Part shown: piece by piece, positions 50,771-51,214 of the stretch
Layout of the letters: each line of letters starts with the position of its first letter
How positions within the stretch are numbered: the first letter of the stretch is position 1
Source of the DNA: Octopus bimaculoides
Taxonomy: Eukaryota
Assembly (NCBI RefSeq): GCF_001194135.2
Contig: NC_069002.1
Location: 18,886,340 to 18,937,553 of the forward strand
Length of the DNA stretch: 51,214 nt
Direction of reading: 5' to 3'
The notes under the pieces: generated by a model
Told to the model about the DNA's origin: nothing
What the model saw: the letters and a program-made list of their open reading frames with translations, nothing else
Database searches by the model: none
Made by a program: the position numbers and the translations under genes

Positions 50771-51214
50771 TCTCCACGCTCTTTCTGTGTTCACATTTTC
50801 TCTCTTTGCCACACGTATTCCCTCTCATTCCCTCTCATCCCCTCTCTCGCTCTCTATCTGTCTATGTATGTTTAAACATATATATGCTTAAATGTGAGCA
50901 AGTATATATGTACGTAAACGTATATATAATTACGCAATTACAACATATATAATTACGTTCTAGGAGTGGCAATATATGCCATTTAAATGTTAAAATAATT
51001 CTTCAACTAAAGACGTAAATAGAATAAATATCGCTCGTAGACAAGTGCGCACCTGCATGAGCATGTGTGCCCGTGTGTTTCTGTATGTGTGTGCGTGCGT
51101 CAATTTCTGTCTGTGTGTTTGTTAAAGTTTCTCTGTGTGTACGTGAATACGTTTTGTGCAAATGCGATGTTTTCATCTTTTCATCAAAATATGATAAATG
51201 CTTTACAGTTACCA

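Overview
AT-rich eukaryotic short-read scaffold with 14 N-gaps, nearly all abutting simple repeats. It consists almost entirely of decayed interspersed repeats and microsatellites. I found no recognisable host protein-coding exon, RNA gene or CRISPR array. The SINE sequences resemble ones I recall from Octopus genomes; this organism call is inference, not a search result. Content: about 11 fragments of R4/Dong-clade LINEs (restriction-like endonuclease), most touching (TAA)n tracts; 2 RTE LINE fragments; 4 Penelope-like element (PLE) fragments; a rearranged mariner with two 5' ends; a Helitron 3' end; several tRNA-derived SINEs; and several long fold-back palindromes. The most unusual feature is a 389-bp near-complete palindrome (40991-41379). 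Each arm carries a PLE-type minimal hammerhead ribozyme motif, one per strand, and each has a different single core mutation, so the two-arm consensus rebuilds an intact core. Most long ORFs in the supplied track are artefacts of N-runs or microsatellites.
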